DNA from: an uncultured Clostridia bacterium
GTDB taxonomy: Bacteria > Bacillota > Clostridia > Christensenellales > UBA1242
Direction of reading: 5' to 3'
Length of the DNA: 64,000 nt
Assembly: GCA_947593585.1 (NCBI GenBank)
Contig: CANQDP010000005.1
Coordinates: forward strand, 3,477 to 67,476
A program made the translations under genes and the position numbers. Below the pieces are notes generated by a model. That model saw only the letters and a list, made by a program, of their open reading frames with translations, had not been told where the DNA came from and did not search any database. This document shows positions 25,948 through 35,647 of this stretch, one piece after another; position 1 is the first letter of the stretch, and the number at the start of each line of letters is the position of its first letter.

Positions 25948-27552
25948 TTATTTTGGCAGCACGCTATCCTGAGGCTCTTTTATTGCCGCGATAATGCATT
26001 CAGTGGTTAATAGGCTTGAAGCAACGCTGCCCGCCGTTTCTATCGCTGTGCGAGTTACTTTTAATGGGTCGATTATTCCCGCTTCGAACATATCACAAAA
26101 TTTATCTTTCAAGGCGTCATATCCAAAATTTGGGTTTTCATTTGCCAGCACTGTTTGCACCACAACGCCATCATCAACACCTGCGTTTTTTGCTATTTGG
26201 CGAATTGGCGCATCTAGGCAATCTTCCACAATTTTGCCACCAATTTTTTCATCGTCAAAAAGATTTTTTTCAACAAATTTTTTTAGTGCAGATTTTGTGC
26301 GCAAGAGTGCCACTCCACCGCCTGCAATAATGCCTTCATCTATGGCAGAAGTTGTGGCATTGAGAGCATCTTCCATCCTTAACTTTTTCTCGCTCATTTC
26401 CACTTCTGTGATTGCTCCAACTTTAATTACTGCAATGCCTCCATTAAGCATGGCAATTCTATCTGTGAGTGTTTCTCTATCAAACGGCCTTATCGTTTGA
26501 GAAAGTTGTTTTTTTAGCTCTTTAATGCGGGTGTCGATTTTTTCTTTATCCCCTTTAGAGCCGATAATTGTGGAAATATCCTTATCCGCTTTAACCTTAT
26601 CTGCCCTGCCCAAATCTTCCAAAGTTACATCATTAAAGTTATTATAAATATCGCCAGAGATAAATTTTGCTCCAACAAATAAGGCGATGTCGTCCAAAAC
26701 CTTTTTCCTTCTATCTCCGAAATTTGGAGCACGCACTGCAAGGCAACTAAACACTTTGCGCATATTGTTTATAACAATGGTGGTGAGGGCATCTCCTTCC
26801 ACCTCGTCTGCAATTATGAAGAGCGAACTCCCTGCGCGACTAACCTTATCCATTATTGGCAAAATTTCATTTATGTTTGTGATTTTTCTATCTGTTACTA
26901 GTATGTAAGGATTTTCAAGTTCGGCAACGAGCCTGCTTTGGTCTGCGCACATATACGGGCTAATATACCCTCTATTAATTCTCAATCCGTCCACCACAGA
27001 AAGACTATCGAAAATGTTTTTGCTTTCTTCTATTGTGATTATTCCGTCCTTGCCCACTTTTTCAAATGCTTTTGCGATCAAATCGCCCATTTGTGCACTG
27101 CCAGATGAGATTGTGGCAATCTGGCGAATTGAATTGATGTCCTCAATGGGGCGTTTGTTTTTCTTAATCTCTTCAATTAAAAACGAAATCGCTTTTTGGA
27201 TGCCAGAGCGAAGCATAATTGGGTTTGCGCCCATGTTTGAAACCTTTAATCCTTCCAAAAATATCTTTTCGGCGAGAATTGTGGCAGTTGTGGTGCCATC
27301 GCCTGCCAAATCGTTGGTTTTTCTACACGCCTCGCAAAGAAGTTTCACTCCCGTGTTTTCAATTTCGTCCTTTAATTTGATTTCTTGTGCTATCGTTACC
27401 CCATCATTTGTGATAAACGCTTTATATTCTCTGCCTATTGCCACATTTTTGCCTTTTGGCCCTAGTGTGATTTTAACGGCGTTTGCAACCGTTTCAATGC
27501 CAGATAATAATTTCATTTTGGCTTCATCACCATTCAAAACTTTGTTATACAT
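25948..27552 (-). CDS. groEL: Chaperonin GroEL
   Basis: 534 aa. TLGPKGKNV and AGDGTTTATIL motifs. Lacks a C-terminal GGM tail. Confidence 0.95.
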   Translation of the reverse strand: MYNKVLNGDEAKMKLLSGIETVANAVKITLGPKGKNVAIGREYKAFITNDGVTIAQEIKLKDEIENTGVKLLCEACRKTNDLAGDGTTTATILAEKIFLEGLKVSNMGANPIMLRSGIQKAISFLIEEIKKNKRPIEDINSIRQIATISSGSAQMGDLIAKAFEKVGKDGIITIEESKNIFDSLSVVDGLRINRGYISPYMCADQSRLVAELENPYILVTDRKITNINEILPIMDKVSRAGSSLFIIADEVEGDALTTIVINNMRKVFSCLAVRAPNFGDRRKKVLDDIALFVGAKFISGDIYNNFNDVTLEDLGRADKVKADKDISTIIGSKGDKEKIDTRIKELKKQLSQTIRPFDRETLTDRIAMLNGGIAVIKVGAITEVEMSEKKLRMEDALNATTSAIDEGIIAGGGVALLRTKSALKKFVEKNLFDDEKIGGKIVEDCLDAPIRQIAKNAGVDDGVVVQTVLANENPNFGYDALKDKFCDMFEAGIIDPLKVTRTAIETAGSVASSLLTTECIIAAIKEPQDSVLPK

Positions 27553-27829
27553 TTTCCACCACCCCTATAATGTCTATTTGGCGCATGATGATATAAGTTT
27601 TTTCGTCCAACTTAATCTCTGCACCTGCGTATTTGTTGAAAAGAACTTTATCGCCAATTTTCACTTTCATTTTGCCCGCCGAATAATCAAAATTTTCTCC
27701 ATCGCCAACGGCAATCACTTTGCCAAATTGCGGACGCTCTTTTGCGGTGTCTGGCAAAATTATTCCGCTCGTGGGATTTGACTGCTCAGGCAAAATCAAA
27801 ACCCTATCAAATAATGGTTTTACTTTCAT
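27545..27829 (-). CDS. groES: Co-chaperonin GroES
   Basis: Start moved to MKVKPLFDRVLI (ATG 27829) after GGGAGGA. Overlaps the groEL start by 8 nt. Confidence 0.9.
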   Translation of the reverse strand: MKVKPLFDRVLILPEQSNPTSGIILPDTAKERPQFGKVIAVGDGENFDYSAGKMKVKIGDKVLFNKYAGAEIKLDEKTYIIMRQIDIIGVVENV

Positions 27830-28011
27830 TTTATCCTCCCGCCTGATTATATCCACAAATGTCAATATTTCATCTAAAAACTGCCAAAATTTAAAAAATT
27901 TTTAAAAAATATGGCGATTTTTACGCTTTTATTTAAAATTTTGGCTTAATTTTGAAGATAACAAAATTTTTTAGCGCACATATTTATTTGCCTTAAAAAA
28001 TAAAATTTAAT

Positions 28012-28728
28012 ATGCAAGAATATCAGTTTAATCAAAAAGAATATCGAAAAAAAATTTATAAAAATGGAGGCGGCTCGGTAGCCATTCTCATTTTTATCTG
28101 CATAATTTTAATAGGTGCCGCGTTCATCTTAATGCCAAAAAAATCAGCATCAAAGCAAGAATTTTATTTTGTGGAAATCAATCAATTCATCACCTATAAA
28201 GACGCAAACGAACTTGCCATTTCAATTCAAGAAAAAGGCGGTGCCGGATATGTTTTTTTTAATGGAAGTTATCATGTGTTTGCCGGATATTACCCTACTA
28301 AATCAGAGGCTGAAACGGTGTGCGAAAATTTAAAGGAAGAATTTGAGTGCGCTTGTGTGTTTTCGCTCGAATATTCTCTCAATTCAAAAAACCTATCAGC
28401 AAATCAAAAAACCGCTCTTTCCAACATGGTGGAAATGAGTGAAAACACGATTGGTGAGATTTATGAAAACATTCTTTCGTTTGTGAAAAATGAAAATAGC
28501 GAAGCAAAGTTAAAATTAAATTTTAGTGCCATTTTAAAAAACTTTGAAAGCAAGATGGAAGAATTCAACGGAGTTTTTAAAGACAATAAGTTTAGCAAAG
28601 CGCGCGCAAGTTTGGAAAAAATGCACACTTCTCTAACCAATTTGAATGATATAACTGACGCAAGCAAACTTAGATATGAGCAAATCAGTTTTGTGGTGAA
28701 CTATGTGAGCTTTCTATCGTCCTTTTAA
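28012..28728 (+). CDS. Membrane-anchored SPOR-domain protein
   Basis: N-terminal TM helix followed by a SPOR-like segment (FYFVEINQFITYKDANELAISIQEKGGAGYVFFNGSYHVFAGYYPTKSEAE). Confidence 0.55.
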   Translation: MQEYQFNQKEYRKKIYKNGGGSVAILIFICIILIGAAFILMPKKSASKQEFYFVEINQFITYKDANELAISIQEKGGAGYVFFNGSYHVFAGYYPTKSEAETVCENLKEEFECACVFSLEYSLNSKNLSANQKTALSNMVEMSENTIGEIYENILSFVKNENSEAKLKLNFSAILKNFESKMEEFNGVFKDNKFSKARASLEKMHTSLTNLNDITDASKLRYEQISFVVNYVSFLSSF

Positions 28729-29087
28729 TGTTTTCTATTCATCTCCACAATCTGCCAGATTGCTAATCCAATCAAGAAAAAGGCAAAGAGTTTCTTTAAA
28801 ATGTCGTTTGAAATGTGGTTTGCAAGCAATGCCCCGCCCACACTAAACACACAACCTATCAACGCAAGCAACCATGTTTCTTTAAATGCTACCAAATGAT
28901 TTTTTATATGAATGAAAAGAGCCACCACGCTCATTGGCAGAAAGGCAATCAAATTTATGCCTTGTGCTTGCAGTTGCTTGAAAGATAGAAATATAGTGAG
29001 CAAAGGTATCGTGAGAGTGCCACCACCCATGCCCATGCCACCAACTATTCCGCCCAATATTCCAACAACAATTTCCCAAAACAACAT
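28725..29087 (-). CDS. TauE/SafE-family anion exporter, C-terminal half-size protein
   Basis: 120 aa, 4 TM, glycine-rich GGIVGGMGMGGGTLTIPLL motif typical of TauE repeats. Confidence 0.65.
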   Translation of the reverse strand: MLFWEIVVGILGGIVGGMGMGGGTLTIPLLTIFLSFKQLQAQGINLIAFLPMSVVALFIHIKNHLVAFKETWLLALIGCVFSVGGALLANHISNDILKKLFAFFLIGLAIWQIVEMNRKH

Positions 29088-29093
29088 ATCAAC

Positions 29094-29456
29094 CTACTTT
29101 AAAAGCATCACAATGCCGCCTAAAAGCATAAAAAAGACGAATATGCCTTTAACAGTTTTGTTGCTTATTTTATTTAAAAGGGTTGCTCCAACCACCCCGC
29201 CAACCACTATGCCAACAATCACAGGCCAACCAGACGCAAAATCCACCGAATTATGGCACATATACACGATTGTGCTAACCAAACTTATTGGAAGAATGAC
29301 AAACAGGGCTGTGGCTTGCGCTTTTTTTTGCTCCATCTTAAACAATTTATTTAAAACGGGGACGACCACCATCCCTCCGCCACCACCAAAAAATCCATTT
29401 ATCAGCCCAATTAGTGCGCCAAACAGAATGATATAGATTTTTTTGACTTTTTTCAT
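29094..29456 (-). CDS. TauE/SafE-family anion exporter, N-terminal half-size protein
   Basis: 120 aa, 4 TM, GFFGGGGGMVVVPVL motif. Stop lies 6 nt before the start of the next half. Confidence 0.65.
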   Translation of the reverse strand: MKKVKKIYIILFGALIGLINGFFGGGGGMVVVPVLNKLFKMEQKKAQATALFVILPISLVSTIVYMCHNSVDFASGWPVIVGIVVGGVVGATLLNKISNKTVKGIFVFFMLLGGIVMLLK

Positions 29457-29553
29457 ACGAATAATATGTTCAATTTGCTCAATTTTATTTGCTTTTTTTT
29501 TCTATTTATATTATAATAAAGTGGTTTAAGGTAACAATTCTATGAGAGGTATT

Positions 29554-32500
29554 ATGAAAACTACAAGCAAATTAACTAAAACAATGCATCTTTTAATCGC
29601 CTTTATTTTTTTCTTGGCGGGTTTGATGCTTGCCACAGCCGTCAAGCCAAAAGATATTAAAGCGTATGCTTCCGCTTTCCAAAGCGAGGAAATAGTAACC
29701 ACCAAACTCACAAACAATGCCAAGTTTGAAGAAGGCAAAAAGGACGAATATCCTTACCAGCCAAATGGGTTTACCTCCTCAAACAGCAATGTGGAGAAAA
29801 ATAGTGGCGTTATTAATCTTAAAGACGAAGAATTTATTGATAAATATAAAAACCACAACGAGAACGAAACCAACCAATATGTGCTTATGGTGAAAGCAAA
29901 TGTGGAGGAGTTTGGATATGTTAGCTCTAGCCCTTCACAAATGACGCTTGATGCCAACAGCCATTATGAAATTTCAGTTGAAGTGGGTTGTTATGACGGC
30001 GCGAGGGCAACTCTTTGCTTAATTAGCGATGATGAGCGTATTATTTCACTCACCCATGTTGGCGATTGGAACAAATGCTATTTATATGTTAGCACAGACG
30101 AAACCACTTCTTTGAATGTAAACTTAGGGTTGTTTTCAAAGGGCGGCACAGTGTTGTTTGATGACATTAGCGCAAAGAAATTGAACGACAGAGCAATGAC
30201 AGACGCTCTTGCGAGAAGAGAAACCAACGGCGATGAATTCGCTTATTTAGATAAGCAAAATTCTGCTGCTTTAACTGAGTTTGACATGCTCCCTTCTAAC
30301 GAAATATTTGTTAAAAATGTTGGCGAGAGCGAAAATGATTTGACGAGCTATTCCACAACCGGATATTTGCACAAAGCAAGCGACAGTGAAGTGGATGACG
30401 GCGAGCACGATTACGCTTTTGTGATTAATCACATTAAAGCAACTTACAACACTTTCTACACAAAAGATAACTTTATCACTGTGGAAAAAGGCAGTTTGGT
30501 TAGAGTTGAAATCCCTGTGAAAGCACTTAAATTGAGCGGGCAAGTTACAATCAAACTTATCCGCACAGGAAGTGAAGATTATGACGATGAAAAGAGCATA
30601 AATCTCTCTGGCTCAACTAGCGAAAATCTGCTTAGAAACGGATATCAAAACAATTATTTTTACATTAAAACATCGCACACCCAAGAAGAAACCTTCAAAT
30701 TGGCAGTTGTTGTCGGCAATGCTGACAATCTAACCAGCGGCAAAGTGTATATTTCCACAATAACCATCTGCCCTATTGACGAAACTCAATTTAGCAATGC
30801 AAGCTCTAGCAATAAATTGGATTTAACCGGTGAAACGGACGAAAATTATTTTGCAAATGGTCAATTTAATTCAAGTAAAGCTTCTAGCAAAACACCTTAT
30901 TTGAACACTCCTGATTCTTGGTCGGTTGGCTTGGCTGATAGTGGCGAGCAAAAATATGGTGTTGTGAACACTAATAGCGAAGTGTTTGAGCGCATGAGAG
31001 AAGCAAATTCTCTTCCTTCAAGCCTCACCACGCCAGGCTCTATTGACAACAATGAAAATGACAATGTGTTGATGATGTATAACATCAGCGGAGACAAATT
31101 GTCTTACACAAGCGAAACAGAGAACATCACATCGGGCAGTTATCACCTATTCTCACTTGCCCTATTCACTAACTCTTGCAATGCAGAAATTAGCATTGTT
31201 AATGATAATGCAACCTTGTTTAGCACGCAGGTGAACACCAACGGCGAGTGGAAAATGGTGAATGTGTTTATGCACAACCCATATCTCACACAAGATGTGC
31301 AAATTAGAATTAGTTTGAATAGCGACAAATCTCTCTGCTTTGTGGATAATGTTAGCCTTGACTTAGATGCTCAACCAACTGAAAACACCTTCAACGAAGC
31401 AAAAACAGGCAATTTCACATTTAAGTTTAGCCTATCAAACATCTTCGCTTCAAAGGACGCAGAAGATTACGCCACACCTGAACTCCTTGTGGAGAGCGGG
31501 GATATAAATGGTGATTTTGGCATCATAAACATTGAGAGCCCTACCCTTGAAAGCAAAGTGCTCCCTAAAGATAAAGACAACACTTCTGGTGAAAACATTC
31601 CTTTAAACATTTTGAAATCTTTAAAAGGAAATGAGAAAAACATTCTTGGCATCTACGCCACTGAAAAGACATATTTCTCACTCACTTCGAAACTTGGATT
31701 TAGCCTAGACAGTGCAAATTATTATAAAATTTCAATAGATGTGTTCACTCCGTGCACCTTTGGTGAGAACGAAGGTGCAAGCCTAAGCATCACCTCGTTT
31801 AGCGATAGTTTCACTGCTATTAATGCTGATGAGGGATGGAGAACATACACATTCTTCATTCACCCAGAATCTAACTCCACATCAAACATCGTGTTTGGGC
31901 TTGGCACATCAGAAAACCCTAGCCAAGGCAGAGTGTTCTTCGGCAATTTAACTTATAAAGACTATGGCTCAGACCAAACAACCTTTGACGAAGAAGCAAA
32001 AGCCGGGCCTTATGCACTTGTGCTAAACAAATTGTCTTCTAGCGAAAACAACAATGAAAACAACGAAGAAAATGCAGAAGAAACAAATTCTAACGGCATT
32101 AATTGGTGGTATGTTGCCCCTTCAATCGTGTTTGCTGTGGTGATAATCATTTGTGTGGCTGGCGTTTTGATGAGAAAAGTGAAATGGAAGAAGCCAAACA
32201 AAAAGGTTAAGAATGAGTATGACAGAAACAAAACTGTAAACAAGCAATATTATTCAAGAAAAGCCACTGCAATGCGCGATGATGAAGTGCGCAAACTAGA
32301 AAAAGAACTTCAAGAATTAACCAGCCAACGCACCGGCTACGAAGAAGAATATAAAGTTTGCTTAAATTCACTTCGCGAGCTGAAAATTAAGCGTGCAAGT
32401 GCAAGCGAAATTGCAAAAGTGGAAAAAGAGATGAGGAAAAACAAAAAACTTTCTTCTGCCATTGGCATAAGCATTCAGCGTAAGGAAGAAGATATTGAAT

Positions 32501-32595
32501 ACGCAAAGAGCGAGCCTTATCTCAACGCTTTGATAAGAAAACTTTCTAGCGAAAAACCAGAAAATGCAGAAGAACCTGCTAAAGACAAAGATTAG
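29554..32595 (+). CDS. Large surface protein with repeated CBM/galactose-binding-like modules, a C-terminal TM helix and a cytoplasmic coiled-coil tail
   Basis: Start preferred at the second ATG (MKTTSK, GAGG 5 nt upstream); the ORF track starts at 29542. Signal peptide. Recurrent modules (NSHYEISVEV, SGSYHLFSLALF, SANYYKISIDVF). TM helix WWYVAPSIVFAVVIIICVAGVLM, then about 150 aa of charged heptad-like tail. Confidence 0.8.
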   Translation: MKTTSKLTKTMHLLIAFIFFLAGLMLATAVKPKDIKAYASAFQSEEIVTTKLTNNAKFEEGKKDEYPYQPNGFTSSNSNVEKNSGVINLKDEEFIDKYKNHNENETNQYVLMVKANVEEFGYVSSSPSQMTLDANSHYEISVEVGCYDGARATLCLISDDERIISLTHVGDWNKCYLYVSTDETTSLNVNLGLFSKGGTVLFDDISAKKLNDRAMTDALARRETNGDEFAYLDKQNSAALTEFDMLPSNEIFVKNVGESENDLTSYSTTGYLHKASDSEVDDGEHDYAFVINHIKATYNTFYTKDNFITVEKGSLVRVEIPVKALKLSGQVTIKLIRTGSEDYDDEKSINLSGSTSENLLRNGYQNNYFYIKTSHTQEETFKLAVVVGNADNLTSGKVYISTITICPIDETQFSNASSSNKLDLTGETDENYFANGQFNSSKASSKTPYLNTPDSWSVGLADSGEQKYGVVNTNSEVFERMREANSLPSSLTTPGSIDNNENDNVLMMYNISGDKLSYTSETENITSGSYHLFSLALFTNSCNAEISIVNDNATLFSTQVNTNGEWKMVNVFMHNPYLTQDVQIRISLNSDKSLCFVDNVSLDLDAQPTENTFNEAKTGNFTFKFSLSNIFASKDAEDYATPELLVESGDINGDFGIINIESPTLESKVLPKDKDNTSGENIPLNILKSLKGNEKNILGIYATEKTYFSLTSKLGFSLDSANYYKISIDVFTPCTFGENEGASLSITSFSDSFTAINADEGWRTYTFFIHPESNSTSNIVFGLGTSENPSQGRVFFGNLTYKDYGSDQTTFDEEAKAGPYALVLNKLSSSENNNENNEENAEETNSNGINWWYVAPSIVFAVVIIICVAGVLMRKVKWKKPNKKVKNEYDRNKTVNKQYYSRKATAMRDDEVRKLEKELQELTSQRTGYEEEYKVCLNSLRELKIKRASASEIAKVEKEMRKNKKLSSAIGISIQRKEEDIEYAKSEPYLNALIRKLSSEKPENAEEPAKDKD

Positions 32596-32909
32596 AGCCC
32601 ATTCGGGCTTTTTTCTTTATATATTTTTAAAGGTTGACCGATAAAAAGGACGGCTGAATTTAACTGATTGTCCTGCATTATTTTGCTTGGCTCAACTCCA
32701 AATAATTTTGCCACATCGTTCAGGGTTTGCCCGGGCTTTGTGATGTGCAAAATGAAATCATTAGGTTTGATTATTATCCATTCGCCTACATATAGCGGAA
32801 TTTTTTCATTGTTGCGCTTAATATTTTCGCTTGAAGCATTAAATCTTTTTAAGATGTTTTCAAAGTTATCTCCCTGTTGCACGCGATAATAAAACTCATT
32901 TTCTTCCAT
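32592..32909 (-). CDS. Small protein with two LysM domains
   Basis: YRVQQGDNFENILKRF and HITKPGQTLNDVAKLFGV LysM-like segments. The 3-prime end overlaps the convergent gene and its terminator. Confidence 0.65.
   Translation of the reverse strand: MEENEFYYRVQQGDNFENILKRFNASSENIKRNNEKIPLYVGEWIIIKPNDFILHITKPGQTLNDVAKLFGVEPSKIMQDNQLNSAVLFIGQPLKIYKEKSPNGL
32594..32616 (+). terminator. Intrinsic terminator after the 1013-aa surface protein gene
   Basis: GAGCCC-ATTC-GGGCTT followed by TTTTCTTT. Confidence 0.65.
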
Positions 32910-32988
32910 AGTTTTATATATGAAACTGAGCGGTCTATTTGATTGTTTTTAGTATATTCTTTTTTGCCAAATTATATATTATTTAAGA

Positions 32989-34500
32989 ATGAAATCGATT
33001 TTTAAGGCGGTTGCCGTTGTTACAATATTTTCAATCATAACCCGTGCGTTGGGCTTCCTTTTTAGGATTTATTCATCAAGAAAACTTGGTGCGGAAGGAA
33101 TGGGGCTTTTGCAAATGGCATCGTCTATTCTTGGCATTTTTATGACGCTGATTTCAAGTGGTATTCCGCTTGCAACCGCCAAACTTGTGAGCAAATATGA
33201 GGCACAAAATGAATTAAAAAGGCGCAATCAGGTGGTTACTTCCGCCCTTCTTTTAGCAATTATCTTGGCAGCCCTATCATCAGCTATGATATATGGCTTA
33301 AAATCGCTTTGGGGCGTGGTGTTGGCTGATAGCCGTGCAGTGGAAATTTTAATTATCACCGTGCCGTCTATTATTTTCAGTGCCGTCTATGCAGTTTTTC
33401 GCGGAGCGTTGTGGGGGCAAAATGACTTTTTTAATTGCGGGTTGACCGAACTTATTGAGCAGTTAATTCGCTTTGCCCTAACTTTTGTGATGCTATTTAG
33501 CATAACGGACTATTTCGTGGCAACAAAATATTCCGCAATCGCATTTAACATCACCTGCCTTATCTCTGCAGTTATCACCATATTCATATATTTTAAGCGG
33601 GCAAAATTGTGCTTTAAAAAAGGTGAATTTGCTTCCGTTTTTAAGAGTGCTTTGCCAATCACGGGAGTTAGGCTGGCAAATTCACTTGTGCAACCCATCA
33701 CCACGCTCATCATTCCCGCCATGCTCATTGTGGCTGGCTACACTAAAAGTGAAGCGGTGGCATCTTTTGGCGTGATTATGGGCATGACCTTCCCTATGCT
33801 GTTTGTGCCGATGTCGCTCGTTGGGTCTATAAGCATGGTGCTAATCCCTTCTATCACCGCTATGATGACAAAAAATGAATATGACAAGATTTCTAATAAC
33901 ATAAAAAAGTCTATAGAAGTGTCCATTTTCGTGAGTATGCTATTTATCCCGCTTTATCTATCCGTTGGCGACCTAATCGGGCTGGTGCTATATAAAAACG
34001 CGCTTAGCGGTGCGCTTTTGCAACTCTCTGCTGTTTGCATTTTGCCAATAACGCTTTGCAATTTGACCGGGAGCATCTTAAACGCCCTAAATTTAGAAAT
34101 AAAATCGTTTTTTCACTATATGATTGGCTCTGCCGTGCTGATTGTCTGCCTTCTTGTTTTCACCCCGCTAATTGGCATAAATGCTGTGATTGTGGCGCAC
34201 TTTTTATCTATGAGCACAATAACCTTGCTAAATATAAGAAAAATTCAAAAATCTGTGCCAAATTTGAAAATTAATTTAATAAAAATGACAATTCGATATT
34301 CACTAATTGCCACGCCGTGCAGTTTGCTTGGGCACTTCACATCAAATTTGATGCTCAAATTCTTCACAAACTTTTTTGCAGGATTAATTGGGGGAAGCCT
34401 GAGCGTTATTTCCACTGTGATTTTGTGCAAGGTGTTTAATTTGTTTGAAATTGACGACCTAATTGCCCTACTAAAACGCAAAAAGAAAAAAGAAAATTAA
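32989..34500 (+). CDS. MOP-superfamily flippase (MurJ/SpoVB-like)
   Basis: 503 aa, about 14 TM. N-terminus ITRALGFLFRIYSSRKLGAEGMGLLQMA is typical of SpoVB/MurJ-like lipid II or polysaccharide flippases. Confidence 0.7.
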   Translation: MKSIFKAVAVVTIFSIITRALGFLFRIYSSRKLGAEGMGLLQMASSILGIFMTLISSGIPLATAKLVSKYEAQNELKRRNQVVTSALLLAIILAALSSAMIYGLKSLWGVVLADSRAVEILIITVPSIIFSAVYAVFRGALWGQNDFFNCGLTELIEQLIRFALTFVMLFSITDYFVATKYSAIAFNITCLISAVITIFIYFKRAKLCFKKGEFASVFKSALPITGVRLANSLVQPITTLIIPAMLIVAGYTKSEAVASFGVIMGMTFPMLFVPMSLVGSISMVLIPSITAMMTKNEYDKISNNIKKSIEVSIFVSMLFIPLYLSVGDLIGLVLYKNALSGALLQLSAVCILPITLCNLTGSILNALNLEIKSFFHYMIGSAVLIVCLLVFTPLIGINAVIVAHFLSMSTITLLNIRKIQKSVPNLKINLIKMTIRYSLIATPCSLLGHFTSNLMLKFFTNFFAGLIGGSLSVISTVILCKVFNLFEIDDLIALLKRKKKKEN

Positions 34501-34547
34501 TTGCTTGCTATTTGAATAAAAACAATTTTAAGAAACAAACTTAAATT

Positions 34548-35264
34548 ATGTTTATTGTGTTTGTTAGAGTGTTGTTAATCTATATAACCGTTTTGCTGTT
34601 TCTAAGGCTTATGGGCAAAAGGCAAATTGGTGAAATGCAACCTTATGAAGTGGTGATAACTCTCATTATTGCCGATTTGGCAACTCTGCCAATGAGCGAC
34701 ACGAACATCCCTCTTTTAAACGGCATTTTGCCACTCGCAATTTTAGTGCTCATTCATTATGTGATAACTTTTTTGACGCGTAAGAGTGTGAATATAAGGA
34801 GATTAATGAGCGGGCGTCCGGTGGTTGTGGTGAGCCCAAACGGAATTGAATATAAGGCTTTGAAAGATTTAAACATGAATATAGACGACTTGCTTGAAGG
34901 CATTAGGCAGTGCAATTATTATAGTTTGGACCAAGTGCTTTATGTGATAATTGAAACTAACGGCAAGATGAGTGTGATTCCAACCAGCGTGAACGCACCT
35001 GCCACTGCGCAAGATGTTAAGGCAAACAACCCGGAGGCTCAACTTCCGCACGTTATTGTTAGCGATGGCAAAGTGATTAAAGAGCAGATGAAAGAATTGG
35101 ACATAGACAATCAAAAATTTCAGCAAATTTTAAAGAAAATTAACATTGAAAAACTTAAAGACTTGATTATTTTATCCGTTGACCAAAGCGGGAAGATTTA
35201 TTTCCAAGTGAAAGGGGAAAAATATCAGGTGATTGAAAACGCTGTGAACATGGAGGCAAAATGA
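34548..35264 (+). CDS. DUF421 (YetF-like) membrane protein
   Basis: LRLMGKRQIGEMQPYEVVITLIIADLA and IETNGKMSVIP match the B. subtilis YetF pattern. Confidence 0.85.
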   Translation: MFIVFVRVLLIYITVLLFLRLMGKRQIGEMQPYEVVITLIIADLATLPMSDTNIPLLNGILPLAILVLIHYVITFLTRKSVNIRRLMSGRPVVVVSPNGIEYKALKDLNMNIDDLLEGIRQCNYYSLDQVLYVIIETNGKMSVIPTSVNAPATAQDVKANNPEAQLPHVIVSDGKVIKEQMKELDIDNQKFQQILKKINIEKLKDLIILSVDQSGKIYFQVKGEKYQVIENAVNMEAK

Positions 35265-35647
35265 AGACCTTTATTCCTATGTTTATTATTTTTGCCATTG
35301 TAACCTCACTTTGCGTGTGGGACGGCATATATTCAAGAAAAGTTTTCAACAAAATGGAAGCCGACTGCAATTATGTGTTTGAAAGCCTGCAAACGAGAGA
35401 AATAACGGACGGCGAATTGCAAGAGAAAATCTTGGAAATTAATGACTATTGGACGAGCAAAATGGATGTGCTGGCAATTTCCATTTCAAGAAAGGACATG
35501 CAACCTGTGAGCGACTATTTGCAGTATTTATGTGCGTCTATAAAAAACGAGAGCCAGGAAGATGCAATCACCTACTCTCGTCTATTGAAATATAATGTGG
35601 AAGGGCTTAGTGAAACGGTTGGAATTTCTGGGCTAAACCTGCTATAA
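35261..35647 (+). CDS. DUF4363-like protein, the usual partner of DUF421
   Basis: 4-nt overlap with the DUF421 gene. N-terminal TM helix followed by a helical domain. The pairing is known from Clostridia-type genomes. Confidence 0.5.
   Translation: MKTFIPMFIIFAIVTSLCVWDGIYSRKVFNKMEADCNYVFESLQTREITDGELQEKILEINDYWTSKMDVLAISISRKDMQPVSDYLQYLCASIKNESQEDAITYSRLLKYNVEGLSETVGISGLNLL

Noticed and set aside
27014-27781. 255-aa ORF on the plus strand.
   Set aside because: It lies entirely antisense to groEL. Its low-complexity Ser/Phe/Ile-rich translation is typical of a shadow ORF opposite a highly conserved gene.
27971-27979. CIRCE (HrcA operator) near groES-groEL.
   Set aside because: Only a half-site-like TTAGCGCAC is present and it has no inverted partner 9 nt away. 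It also lies next to the divergent SPOR gene rather than in the groES leader. No CIRCE can be supported.
29494-29502. T9 tract upstream of the 1013-aa surface protein as a second phase-variation switch.
   Set aside because: A/T runs of 8-9 nt are common throughout this AT-rich window, including inside core genes. The surrounding -35 match is also poor, so there is no specific support.
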